64,000 nucleotides of DNA from Saprospirales bacterium (GCA_031425035.1 JANPIN010000065.1:651-64650), one strand, 5' to 3'; positions 34,247 through 45,319 are shown, counted from the first letter of the stretch. Translations and numbers: made by a program. Notes: generated by a model not told the origin, from the letters alone.

Positions 34247-35008
34247 ATGCATACTTATTTTAAAAAACACCTTTTCCTCTATATCTTTCTGCTAGCCGCT
34301 ACTGGTGTTTATAGTCAGCAAATGGAGGGTACGGTCCGCTACCTGATCGTGCATGACTGGACCAAGAAAATGCTGGCGGTCGACTACATCAGCAAACAGC
34401 GGCTGGAGCGCATTGCCTATATGTGGGGCAATGATTCGGAATGGAAACAGTACGCCAACCTGTATTTCTCGCCCACCCGTACCAAATACGAGGACTCGGA
34501 CGAGCAGGCGGACGCGGATGATCAGGGCTATGCCTGGCGCAAGGACGCATATACCATTCAGCGCGACTTCGAGACCAACACCCTGCACGACGTGATCCAG
34601 ATGCTGGGCAAGGTCTATCTGGTGGACGATACACTGGCTGCGCCGGACTGGAAGATCATGAACGACATGAAGGAAGTGGCCGGCCATGTGTGCATGAATG
34701 CATTCCGGGATGACACGCTCAAAAAGCAGAAGATCAACGTCTGGTTTGCGCTCGATATACCCGTTCCGTCTGGTCCCGAGCGTTTTGGGGGACTGCCGGG
34801 GCTCATCCTCGAAGTTGATGTGAATGACGGCGGTATGCTGATCACGGCCGATAAGATCGAGTTAAAGAAACTGACGACCGAGCTGGATCCGCCGAAAAAA
34901 GCCAAGGGCAAGAAAGTGAATGAAGCCGCTTATGAAGACGTCATTCGCAAACACATGTTGGAAAAGCGCAAGGCGGAGGAACCACCGTTTTGGGGGATTC
35001 GGTATTGA
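34247..35008 (+). CDS. GLPGLI family protein
   Basis: The ORF is trimmed to the ATG at 34247, giving the signal peptide ..LLAATGVYSQQ. It contains the eponymous GGLPGLILEV motif and lies directly downstream of the TBDR-like barrel. Confidence 0.85.
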   Translation: MHTYFKKHLFLYIFLLAATGVYSQQMEGTVRYLIVHDWTKKMLAVDYISKQRLERIAYMWGNDSEWKQYANLYFSPTRTKYEDSDEQADADDQGYAWRKDAYTIQRDFETNTLHDVIQMLGKVYLVDDTLAAPDWKIMNDMKEVAGHVCMNAFRDDTLKKQKINVWFALDIPVPSGPERFGGLPGLILEVDVNDGGMLITADKIELKKLTTELDPPKKAKGKKVNEAAYEDVIRKHMLEKRKAEEPPFWGIRY

Positions 35009-35056
35009 GTGGAAAAACGGCCATCTTGCAAGGTATAACCATTTAACCACCCGTAC

Positions 35057-36448
35057 ATGCGCCCAAGTCGCCTTTATCTGTTTGCCTCATTTTGTTTTTT
35101 CCGGGTTTTGATTTTCGCCCAGTCTTACACCCTCACGCTGGAAGACAAACAACTGAAAATCAAGAATTTTCCTTATTATGTAGTGCAGGTCACCGATGCG
35201 CGGGCCCAGACCTATTGTCTGGGCATGGCCAAAACAGGGATGGCTGGCCATCGGGTGCCGGTCTTTTCTAAAGACAGCCTGACCACCGAAATAAGCGGAC
35301 TTTTCCGGCGGAGTCTGGGGCCTGATACGGCCGGACACACGCCCCTGGTGCTACGAATTAACCAACTGTTGGTATACGAAGACATGCTCAACGCCGGGCA
35401 GGCTTTTCTGGAAATCAGTCTGAGTTTCCTGCAGCCCGTTGCCGGCGGATACATCGAGCTGACCACCATTGGGGCGACTTCCACGAAAATCAGTCAAATA
35501 GATGCCAGCCGTAAACACGATGATAACATTGTGGCCGGCATTGAAGACTGTTTAGCAACGTTTTGGCAGGAGAAGCAGATGGGCAACCTGGGTACGCGGC
35601 GGGTGCCGGCAGCGCATTTATATCAGTTACCGGATGTACAGTCTTTTGCCGTGCTGCAAAACGGTTCGAATAAAGCCGGTGTTTTTCACTCGTTCAGCGA
35701 CTTTTTAAACAACACCCCCAACGAACATCCGGGTTTGCCCATCGTCATGAAACCGGGGCGGGTCAGGGGTAAAGGCGCTGTTTACTATCAACTGGAAAAG
35801 GGCAACGACCTGGACGAAAAAATAAATGTCTGGGGCGTTTCGGACGGGCAGTATGCCTATGCGTTGATCTATGGTGATTATTACCGGATCGAGCGCAGCG
35901 GGGACTCATTACTGGTCAACCTGCCCGCACCTGTTTCAGCGGATGATGCAACGCCCATCTTTATCATTGGCGGTTTGGGTTTGATCGGCGGTCTGGCCGG
36001 GCTAGCCGTCAGTGGAATTATTGCCGCGGCCACTAAAAAAGATGTCCCACCGCCGGTGCCTTATCAGGTGGATCTGCTCACCAGCAGTCTGTCGCCGGTG
36101 AATCTGCCGAATACCCGTCGGGTGGAAGCCCGGGTGTTGTTATGTTGCTCCGAATTTGCCCGGTCACCCATCACGGTACGCCTCGATGGGCAGGAACTAT
36201 GTACGCTGGAGAAAGGCCAATTCTATCGGCTGCGCGTCCCTCCACCGGCGGCGGAAATCAACCTGACGCTGGAAGCCAACGGCAAAACCTACCAGGAGAA
36301 AGTGCAACCGGAAATGTTCAACACCGAGGTTTGCCTGTTACGCATCGTCAAAGGGGAACCCCGGCTGGATACGCCGAACGGAGAAATACGCAGCAAACTG
36401 CTGCGGCAGATCAGCGACGGGGAGGTAAAGGAGCAGTGCAGGCACTAA
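35057..36448 (+). CDS. hypothetical protein with signal peptide and one central TM helix
   Basis: 463-aa ORF. It has the N-terminal hydrophobic FASFCFFRVLIFAQ and the internal helix IFIIGGLGLIGGLAGLAVSGIIAAA. I recognise no family. Confidence 0.55.
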   Translation: MRPSRLYLFASFCFFRVLIFAQSYTLTLEDKQLKIKNFPYYVVQVTDARAQTYCLGMAKTGMAGHRVPVFSKDSLTTEISGLFRRSLGPDTAGHTPLVLRINQLLVYEDMLNAGQAFLEISLSFLQPVAGGYIELTTIGATSTKISQIDASRKHDDNIVAGIEDCLATFWQEKQMGNLGTRRVPAAHLYQLPDVQSFAVLQNGSNKAGVFHSFSDFLNNTPNEHPGLPIVMKPGRVRGKGAVYYQLEKGNDLDEKINVWGVSDGQYAYALIYGDYYRIERSGDSLLVNLPAPVSADDATPIFIIGGLGLIGGLAGLAVSGIIAAATKKDVPPPVPYQVDLLTSSLSPVNLPNTRRVEARVLLCCSEFARSPITVRLDGQELCTLEKGQFYRLRVPPPAAEINLTLEANGKTYQEKVQPEMFNTEVCLLRIVKGEPRLDTPNGEIRSKLLRQISDGEVKEQCRH

Positions 36449-36505
36449 TATCTGACCGGCTATTCCCAGCATGGTCATTCTCGCAACGCGTAAGAATACG
36501 GGTAA

Positions 36506-37033
36506 TTATCGGCTTGCCAAGGCGGCATACATATTTGCCCGCCCATACACGGAAGTGTGCTCGTCCAGATGCAGCTGGTTCTGAAAACCGGCAGTAGTAA
36601 ATAAAACCTCCAGCTTACGAAAAGAGATCGGGTAGGGGATCCATTGCGGTACCGGCGTGTCCGTGTCATATTCCACAATCAAAAAATAGCCCTCCGGCTT
36701 TAAATGGTTGGTTAACCGGTCGATCAGGGCCTTTTTATCCTGCACATAGTGCAGCGAGTTGGCCATGAGCACACCATCCAAATCGCTGTAAGGCAGTTCG
36801 TTGGCCACAAAGTCCAGTTGCAGCGTTTTGATGTCGACTGTTTTCGCCGATAAAGACGGGTCAAGCCGGACCGGGGCTTTGTCCACCGCATGAACCGTAC
36901 TGCCCGGAGCCAGCAAGTTTGCCAAAGCATAGGTGAACAGGCCGGAGCCGCAACCGAGATCGGCCCAGGTGCCGGGGTATTGCGGCGTTAGATGCTCGTT
37001 TTTAATAAGTTCTATGGCTGCGGATAATTTCAT
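36506..37033 (-). CDS. class I SAM-dependent methyltransferase
   Basis: 175 aa. WADLGCGSGLFTYAL is motif I; VHAVDK and LDGVLMANSLHYV follow. Confidence 0.85.
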   Translation of the reverse strand: MKLSAAIELIKNEHLTPQYPGTWADLGCGSGLFTYALANLLAPGSTVHAVDKAPVRLDPSLSAKTVDIKTLQLDFVANELPYSDLDGVLMANSLHYVQDKKALIDRLTNHLKPEGYFLIVEYDTDTPVPQWIPYPISFRKLEVLFTTAGFQNQLHLDEHTSVYGRANMYAALASR

Positions 37034-37094
37034 GGCGTGCTACTAAATTGATATTCTACCCAGGTCTCTCTTTATTCAAACCACTTTCTGGACT

Positions 37095-37139
37095 ATAAAA
37101 CAAAACGCCGGCCCGAAGTTCTCCCTTCCGGCCGGCGTT
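37095..37139 (-). terminator. rho-independent terminator of eno
   Basis: aacgccggcc (37104-37113) pairs with ggccggcgtt (37130-37139) as a perfect 10-bp stem. The minus strand then reads ttgtttta. Confidence 0.8.
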
Positions 37140-37159
37140 CCTTATTTTGAAACTAAAAT

Positions 37160-38581
<1,422 letters not shown>

Positions 38582-38651
38582 TCAGGGGAAATAGCCTACC
38601 AAGCTGCCCCGCCGGTCCGAACATAAGCGCCGGCAGACCGTTCCGTAGCCG

Positions 38652-39638
38652 ATGAATATTTTAAAACGCCTGCGCTCCGTCTGGCATCCCGATGAGTACC
38701 ATGGCTGGGGCCGTACGCAGCGCTACTTCGAAGGCTGGTATTATAAGATCGTTTCGCCGGGGGGCGACTTGGCCATGGCGTTTATTCCGGGCATTGCCAT
38801 GTCGGAGGCAGGGGAACAGCATGCCTTTGTGCAGGTCATGGACGGGACGCATTGCCGCGCCGATTACCACCAATTTACCGCCGCCGATTTCCAGCCCGCC
38901 GCAGACCGGTTCGCCCTGAACCTGGGCGGCAACTTTTTTTCTGCCGAAAAAATGCGGCTCGATCTGCCGGGTGTGCAGGGCGAAATCAACTTCCATAACA
39001 CCGTGCCCTGGCCGAAAATGCTGGGCGCGCCGGGCATTATGGGCTGGTATTCGTTCGTGCCTTTTATGGAATGCAACCACGGTGTGGTCAGTATGCACCA
39101 TACCCTGGAAGGCAGCCTGCGCTTGTCAATGCCGGGTGGCGGTAGTCGCTTGGTGGATTTTACCGGCGGGAAAGGTTACCTGGAAAAAGACTGGGGGCGC
39201 TCGTTCCCACAGGCCTATGTCTGGATGCAGAGTAATCATTTCGACCAGCACGAACAGGCGTCGTTAATGGCTTCCGTGGCCCATATTCCCTGGTTAAACA
39301 GCCATTTTGTAGGCTTCATCAGCGGACTGTGGCTGGAAGGCCGGTTGTTTAAATTCGCTACCTACACCGGCGCCAAAAAGTATTTGGAAGTGGGGGAGGA
39401 TACCGCCACTTTGATCTTCAAAAACCCCCATACGGAGCTGCGTATCCTGGCTCGTCACGGGCCGGGCAGTGCGCTGCTATTTCCCATAACCGGTGATATG
39501 ACCGGCAAAATCAACGAAAGTCTACAAGCGACACTGGAGGTGGAACTGCTGGAGAATGGCCGCCGCATTTTTGCTGCCACGGGTCGCCATGCCGGTCTGG
39601 AACTGGCCGGCGAAGTGCAGCAGGTGCTGGCCGGTTGA
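38652..39638 (+). CDS. tocopherol cyclase family protein (bacterial homologue, function unknown)
   Basis: 328 aa. The N-terminal HPDEYHGWGRTQRYFEGWYYKIVSPGG resembles the H..YHF.G....FFEGWYF(K/R)VSIP signature of VTE1-type tocopherol cyclases. Confidence 0.7.
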   Translation: MNILKRLRSVWHPDEYHGWGRTQRYFEGWYYKIVSPGGDLAMAFIPGIAMSEAGEQHAFVQVMDGTHCRADYHQFTAADFQPAADRFALNLGGNFFSAEKMRLDLPGVQGEINFHNTVPWPKMLGAPGIMGWYSFVPFMECNHGVVSMHHTLEGSLRLSMPGGGSRLVDFTGGKGYLEKDWGRSFPQAYVWMQSNHFDQHEQASLMASVAHIPWLNSHFVGFISGLWLEGRLFKFATYTGAKKYLEVGEDTATLIFKNPHTELRILARHGPGSALLFPITGDMTGKINESLQATLEVELLENGRRIFAATGRHAGLELAGEVQQVLAG

Positions 39639-39720
39639 ACGGAACTTAATAATTACATAACCTGCCCAAACCGATCCCCGCTGAACTGCCCGCCTACCTT
39701 CGCGCCTTCAAAAACAGTTT

Positions 39721-40884
39721 ATGGGGCTTGCACACACGATTGGGGAACGGGTATTTCAGCGCATTCACGGCAATTCGCTGGTGTATAACACCTGCTGGGA
39801 AGACCCGCGCTGCGATCGCCACCTGTTGCAATTAGATGCTGACAGCCGGGTAGTCATGCTGACGAGCGCCGGTTGCAACGCGCTCGATTATTTACTCGAT
39901 AGTCCGGCCGAAATCCATTGCGTAGACCTCAATCCCCGGCAAAATGCCCTGCTCGAGTTGAAAATTGCCCTGCTGCAGGGTGGCGATCATGCGGTGCTTT
40001 TCGATCTTTTCGGTACCGGCGCCTCGCCACATGCCCGGGAAATATTTCAGGATGTAATTTATGATCGTCTGCAAGGGCGGTTTTCGCAAGCTTACTGGCA
40101 GCGTAATCTGCACTATTTCAGCGGTAAAGGGCTGCGGCCTTCTTTTTACTGGCGGGGCAGCAGCGGAACCGTCGCCTGGCTCATTCGCAACTGGCTGCAT
40201 ACCCAGCCGGATATGCTGCGGCTCACGCGGCGTTTGTTTGAAGCGACCGGTACGGAGGAACAATTGACCTGGTATGAACAGCTGGAACCGCTGCTGCTGG
40301 GCCGCTTCCTGCGTTGGCTGGTCAGTCAGCACCTGGTACAAAGCATGCTGGGCGTACCTAAAAGTCAACAAAACCTGGCCAGTGCCGAGTATACCGATGG
40401 TATGGCAGGTTATGTGCGTCAATGTTTCCGGCAGGTGTTCACGCAGTTGCCGCTGGCCGATAATTACTTCTGGCGTTTATATTTTTACGGGCGCTATACC
40501 CCCAACTGCTGCCCCAACTACCTGCGCGCCGGGCATTTTTCAGACCTGCACGACCGCGTTGATCGCATACAAACCCACACGGATTCCCTGAGTGGTTTTT
40601 TGCAAAAAAATCCCGGACAATACAGCCATTTCGTGCTGCTCGACCACCAGGACTGGCTGGCCGCGCACCTGCGTCCGGCACTGGAAGAAGAGTGGCGCCT
40701 GATCCTGGATAATGCGGCGCCCGGGGCCCGGGTACTGCTGCGTTCGGCCGGTCTGGAACTCGATTTCCTGCCCGATTTCGTTCGCCGGCGGGTAGTTTTT
40801 GATCCGGAAGCCGCCGCCTGGTCGCAGGCTAACGACCGGGTGGGTACCTACGCCAGCACCTGGATTGGAACGGTTAAAGTATAA
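39721..40884 (+). CDS. btaA: DUF3419/BtaA-like S-adenosylmethionine:diacylglycerol 3-amino-3-carboxypropyl transferase
   Basis: 387 aa. LVYNTCWEDPRCDR, VVMLTSAGCNALDYLL, VDLNPRQNALLELK and PSFYWRGSSG are motifs I recognise from BtaA/DUF3419 proteins. Confidence 0.75.
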   Translation: MGLAHTIGERVFQRIHGNSLVYNTCWEDPRCDRHLLQLDADSRVVMLTSAGCNALDYLLDSPAEIHCVDLNPRQNALLELKIALLQGGDHAVLFDLFGTGASPHAREIFQDVIYDRLQGRFSQAYWQRNLHYFSGKGLRPSFYWRGSSGTVAWLIRNWLHTQPDMLRLTRRLFEATGTEEQLTWYEQLEPLLLGRFLRWLVSQHLVQSMLGVPKSQQNLASAEYTDGMAGYVRQCFRQVFTQLPLADNYFWRLYFYGRYTPNCCPNYLRAGHFSDLHDRVDRIQTHTDSLSGFLQKNPGQYSHFVLLDHQDWLAAHLRPALEEEWRLILDNAAPGARVLLRSAGLELDFLPDFVRRRVVFDPEAAAWSQANDRVGTYASTWIGTVKV

Positions 40885-40894
40885 ACGATGAACT

Positions 40895-41554
40895 ATGAAC
40901 GCTCCCGCACCTTTATCCATGTTTGCTGACCAGAACCGGCAACCAGCGGCCATGCGCGGCTATTATCGCTGGCATGCGGCCATTTACGATGCTACGCGCT
41001 GGACGTTTTTGCTCGGGCGCAATACATTACTTGGTCATTTACCCATTCAGGATGCGCAGGAGCAAACCCTGCTGGAAGTTGGCTGCGGTACGGGGCATAA
41101 CCTGCAGCTATTGGCGGAGCAACATCCCCAGTTGCAGTTGATCGGGGTGGATGTGTCTTCGGATATGCTGGCCCGGGCAAGCCGCTCGGCCGATAAGTAC
41201 GCCCAAAGAGTTCAACTTTTTGAACGCCCGTATGCCGCCGCGGCCATGACGCTGACGCAACCCCTTGATTTCGTCTTGTTTTCCTATGCCCTGACCATGT
41301 TCAATCCTGGCTGGGAAGAAGCCATTACCTCTGCCTGGGAGGATCTTTCGCCCGGCGGCCGCATTGCCGTTGTTGATTTTCACCGGACGCCCAGCCACCT
41401 GTTCCGCTGGTGGATGGGTAAAAACCATGTGCGGATGGAAGGGCATCTCCTCCCGCAACTACAAGGCCGGTTCCGCACCGAATTATTGGAGATCCGGCCG
41501 GTCTTTTTCGGGCTGTGGGAGTATTTTATGTACATCGGGGTCAAACCGGCTTAA
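40895..41554 (+). CDS. btaB: class I SAM-dependent methyltransferase, BtaB-like by size and context
   Basis: 219 aa. It starts 10 nt after the btaA-like stop and carries YDATRWTFLLGR, LLEVGCGTGHNL and IAVVDF. Confidence 0.6.
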   Translation: MNAPAPLSMFADQNRQPAAMRGYYRWHAAIYDATRWTFLLGRNTLLGHLPIQDAQEQTLLEVGCGTGHNLQLLAEQHPQLQLIGVDVSSDMLARASRSADKYAQRVQLFERPYAAAAMTLTQPLDFVLFSYALTMFNPGWEEAITSAWEDLSPGGRIAVVDFHRTPSHLFRWWMGKNHVRMEGHLLPQLQGRFRTELLEIRPVFFGLWEYFMYIGVKPA

Positions 41555-41769
41555 CACATCTTTCATACAGACTTCATGCACAGTTTCCCGGCAAAAAAAG
41601 GGATAGCCCCACCTTTGCGGCGTAGTCAGATTCAGTAGTTAGCACACGAAAATGGGTTTCAGTTAGTGGGAATGCGGCGTAATGCCGCCTTTCCACCTTT
41701 TTGAACACTGGCTGCGGCATGGTTTTAAAGAGACTTATTTGACCACCCTTGACTATCCGCATAAACAGT

Positions 41770-43059
41770 ATGAAAATACGCACCACGCTTTTCCTTTTCA
41801 CCCTGTTTCTTTCACCGCTTGCTGCCCAGAATAGCGTGCCCATCGCTACGCCCCTGACTACCCTGGCCGATATTTTTTCCAGACAACTGACCACCCTGGC
41901 CAGCGACACGAGCCTGACCTTTGAACAGGTGCAACCCATTTTTGCCAATTTATTCGAACAATACCGCCGGAAAACGCGCCATACTGTGGCAAAAAAGGCC
42001 GATAAACGGTTTCTGATCGTCGTCACGCTGGATGGTTTCCGCTGGCAGGAAGTGTTTGGTGGCGCGGATAGCCTGCTGTTACATAATGTGACTTATACTT
42101 CGGATACGGCCGCCTATCATCATCAGTATTGGGCCGCCACCGCATCGGAACGCCGGCAACGACTGCTGCCTTTTTTCTGGTCCATATTGCAGGAGCAGGG
42201 CCAGCTTTATGGAAACCGCGCGTACCAGAATCACGTGAACGTAGCCAATAGTCTGTGGTTCAGTTACCCCGGTTATAATGAGTTGCTGACCGGCCGCCCG
42301 GATGATGGGCGTATTTACACCAACGCGAAATTGCCCAACCCCAATGAGAATGTACTGGAATACATCAGCCGGCAAAAGGGCTTTCGTAACAAAGTAGTGG
42401 CCTTCGGTTCCTGGGATGTTTTTTCGGCTATTTTCAATGAAAAACGCGCCCGTTTCTCCGTGAACAGCGCCGGGGAAAACCGGACCGACCGAACGCTACG
42501 GGCTACGAATGATTACTTTGATCTGCTCAGGCAAAATCACCCGGCAGGCTGGCCTAAAAAGGAATGTTTCGACGCTTTCACCCGCAGTGCCGCCGCCGAC
42601 TATTTACAACGCCGCCATCCCCGGCTGGCCTATATCGGCTTGGGCGATACCGATGAAGCAGCCCATGCCGGACATTATGACCGCTACCTGGATGCTGCCC
42701 GGGAGACGGATCAATGGCTGGCCGAACTGTGGCAATTCCTGCAGCAGGATCCCGTTTATCGCGGCCGGACAACGCTGCTGATCACCACCGATCATGGGCG
42801 CGGTTCGGAAGAGCCCCGTCAATGGCGCGATCACAGCCGGCATGTGCCCGGTTCGGATCAGGTGTGGCTGGCCGCCATCGGACCGGACAGCCCCGCGCTG
42901 GGCGAAGTGGCGCTACCCATGCAAATTTATCAGCAGCAGATCGCCCAGACAATTGCGCAATTGCTCGGCTGTACTTTTCTGACCGATCATACGGTAGCGC
43001 CGGCCATTAGCAGCATTTATAAAAAAATGCTGGAAGGGCACTTGACCGCTAAAAATTAG
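41770..43059 (+). CDS. secreted alkaline-phosphatase-superfamily (type I phosphodiesterase/NPP-like) enzyme
   Basis: The ORF is trimmed to the ATG at 41770, giving the signal peptide MKIRTTLFLFTLFLSPLAAQ. VVTLDGFRWQE, YPGYNELLTG, GLGDTDEAAHAGH and ITTDHGRG form a metal-site pattern. Confidence 0.7.
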   Translation: MKIRTTLFLFTLFLSPLAAQNSVPIATPLTTLADIFSRQLTTLASDTSLTFEQVQPIFANLFEQYRRKTRHTVAKKADKRFLIVVTLDGFRWQEVFGGADSLLLHNVTYTSDTAAYHHQYWAATASERRQRLLPFFWSILQEQGQLYGNRAYQNHVNVANSLWFSYPGYNELLTGRPDDGRIYTNAKLPNPNENVLEYISRQKGFRNKVVAFGSWDVFSAIFNEKRARFSVNSAGENRTDRTLRATNDYFDLLRQNHPAGWPKKECFDAFTRSAAADYLQRRHPRLAYIGLGDTDEAAHAGHYDRYLDAARETDQWLAELWQFLQQDPVYRGRTTLLITTDHGRGSEEPRQWRDHSRHVPGSDQVWLAAIGPDSPALGEVALPMQIYQQQIAQTIAQLLGCTFLTDHTVAPAISSIYKKMLEGHLTAKN

Positions 43060-43060
43060 C

Positions 43061-44608
43061 TTAGGATTGCGTCAACTTTTCCAGGGCCATAAAATTCTCG
43101 AAATCAGTGAGTTGCGTGCCTTTCAGTACCCGCGGAATTTTGGCCTGGCCATTGAGTTTGCCGCGTTTTTCCAGCCATTTCAGGAAAACTGCATTGGCGA
43201 CAAACTCCACTTTGACGGTTTTTAACGCGTAAATCCGTTCCACGGCGTAGTCATCATTGAGCCGGCATAAGGCCTCGTCGACGGCTTTGGCAAAGGCGAT
43301 TTCACTCACCATCGGGTTTTCGCAGGCCACATACCAGTGGTGGGCCCAGTAGCTGCCGGTGCGGACACCCGCCACGGTGAATTCCCGGACGCCCGCCCGC
43401 AAGGCTGCATCCGCCTGGCGTACGGCTTCGTTCAGGTTATCGATAGAAATATGTTCCCCGCAGGCCGAAAGGAACTGTTTGGTGCGGCCGGTAATCCGGA
43501 TGTCGGCATTTTCAACATCGGTGAACTGGACCGTATCACCCAGTAAATATCGCCAGGCGCCGGCGCAGGTACTCAGCAGCAGGGCATAGTGGACGCCTTC
43601 TTCCACCGCATCCAGGCCTACTGTTTCCGGATTCGGGCTGCGCAGATCGCCATTATCGTCAAAATTCTGATCCGTGAACGGCACGAATTCATAGAAAATC
43701 CCGCCATCGGTCAATAAGCGCATAGCGCGGCTGTCAAAACGGTTCTGGTAGGCGAAAAACCCTTCCGAGGCCATATAACTGTCTATATACTGCACCGGCT
43801 GGCCCAGCAATTTTTCAAAAGTCGGGCGGTAGGGTTCAAAAAATACCCCGCCATGCACCAGCAGGGAAAAGTTCGGCCAGAGTTCGTGAATGTGCCGCAG
43901 GCTGTACCGCTCGATGATTTTTTCCAGGATCAACTGCATCCACATGGGATTGCTCACGGCGGAACCCACGTCCCAGCCCGGCGCAGCTTCGGTAATGCGT
44001 TCAATCCGGTCGCTCCAATCGGGCAGGCTGGTCGTGGCGAGGGTGGGCCGGTAGTAGTGTTCCATCCAGCGTGGACGGTTCAGCCCGAGCATACCGGAAA
44101 GGTCGCCGCTTAGATGCTGGCCCTCCTGTTTAAGAGTGGTACAACTGCCGACCATGAGCATCTGTTTGGAGAAATGCGTGGCGGGCAGGTTTTGCCGGCT
44201 CAGGTCAAAAAACAGCCGCCGGGCCCCGCGTTTCATCATGTACAACATATCGTCGGTCACGGGAATATACTTCGTGCTGGCCTGGCTGGTCCCGCTGGAA
44301 AGCGCGAAATACGGCGTAGCGCCCGGCCAGCAGACATCGGTTCTATCATGCAGATGCGACTGCGACCACCAGCGTTCATACAGGGTGTGGTAGTCGGTAG
44401 CGGGTACCTGACGGCGGTAAGTTTTGTAAAGATCCGCACTGTGGAGTATTTCCCGAAAACCGTAGTAGCGGCCAAAGGCAGTGGATTTTGCTTTACTAAG
44501 CAGTTGGATCAGCTGCTGTCTTTGTTGTTCGGCGGGCGTACTGCGGGGACGTTCCACCCGGGCGCTAAGCTGCGCCGATTTTTGAATAATTGCGCTTACA
44601 AGCGACAT
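43061..44608 (-). CDS. GH3-family (auxin-responsive-promoter-like) acyl-adenylate-forming enzyme
   Basis: 515 aa. It carries FGRYYGF, YFALSSGTSQASTKYIPVT and YRYLLGDTV. Its stop lies one nucleotide from the convergent stop at 43059. Confidence 0.8.
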   Translation of the reverse strand: MSLVSAIIQKSAQLSARVERPRSTPAEQQRQQLIQLLSKAKSTAFGRYYGFREILHSADLYKTYRRQVPATDYHTLYERWWSQSHLHDRTDVCWPGATPYFALSSGTSQASTKYIPVTDDMLYMMKRGARRLFFDLSRQNLPATHFSKQMLMVGSCTTLKQEGQHLSGDLSGMLGLNRPRWMEHYYRPTLATTSLPDWSDRIERITEAAPGWDVGSAVSNPMWMQLILEKIIERYSLRHIHELWPNFSLLVHGGVFFEPYRPTFEKLLGQPVQYIDSYMASEGFFAYQNRFDSRAMRLLTDGGIFYEFVPFTDQNFDDNGDLRSPNPETVGLDAVEEGVHYALLLSTCAGAWRYLLGDTVQFTDVENADIRITGRTKQFLSACGEHISIDNLNEAVRQADAALRAGVREFTVAGVRTGSYWAHHWYVACENPMVSEIAFAKAVDEALCRLNDDYAVERIYALKTVKVEFVANAVFLKWLEKRGKLNGQAKIPRVLKGTQLTDFENFMALEKLTQS

Positions 44609-44812
44609 AGGGCAAGGCTAAAATGAGTTTCCAATGCCGTAAAAGTCCAACGGATCTGCTGACTTCTCTGCGCTTATTACGTTAATACTTTTTCAAAAAC
44701 CATTTATTAATATGCTGGTAGTAAATACTTTACATAAAAGTAACACCCGGTTTAAAGATCGTCTTCCGCTAACCTGTTTTCTTTGTCGAAAAGTAAACTT
44801 AAGCGTATTCCG

Positions 44813-45319
44813 ATGTTTCTCCGCGCCTACCGACCTGAAGACAAACAAGCCCTGCAGCAACTGTTTTTTCTAACCGTACATACGGTAAACGACCACGATT
44901 ATACGCCGGCACAACTAGCCGTTTGGGCGCCGGTTATGCCGGACCGCCGCTTTTGGAGCCAACTGGATGATCAGATTTGTTTTGTCGTGGAAAATCAACG
45001 TTTGCCCGTCGGTTTTATCAGTGTGGCTGCCGATGGCGCCCTGGGTTTCCTGTACGTACATCCTGATTTTCAGGGGAAAGGCATTGCCAGCGCGCTTTAT
45101 AAACAGGTGGAACGGCTCGCCCGCAAACGTGGATTCGGGCATTTGGAGGCTCTTGCCAGCATCACGGCCCGCCTGTTTTTCCAAAAAAAAGGTTTTCTAT
45201 TCGTCGAGGAAGTCCGCGAAACCCGGCAAAACGTGCATTTTTTGCATTATAAAATGGCTAAATCCCTGCTGCTGCCGGATGCTGCTGCCAAAGGCCTGGA
45301 ACGGGCGCATTCCGGTTAA
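44813..45319 (+). CDS. GNAT family N-acetyltransferase
   Basis: The ORF is trimmed to the ATG at 44813 (MFLRAYRPEDKQAL). FLYVHPDFQGKGIASALY is the acetyl-CoA-binding motif A. Confidence 0.85.
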   Translation: MFLRAYRPEDKQALQQLFFLTVHTVNDHDYTPAQLAVWAPVMPDRRFWSQLDDQICFVVENQRLPVGFISVAADGALGFLYVHPDFQGKGIASALYKQVERLARKRGFGHLEALASITARLFFQKKGFLFVEEVRETRQNVHFLHYKMAKSLLLPDAAAKGLERAHSG

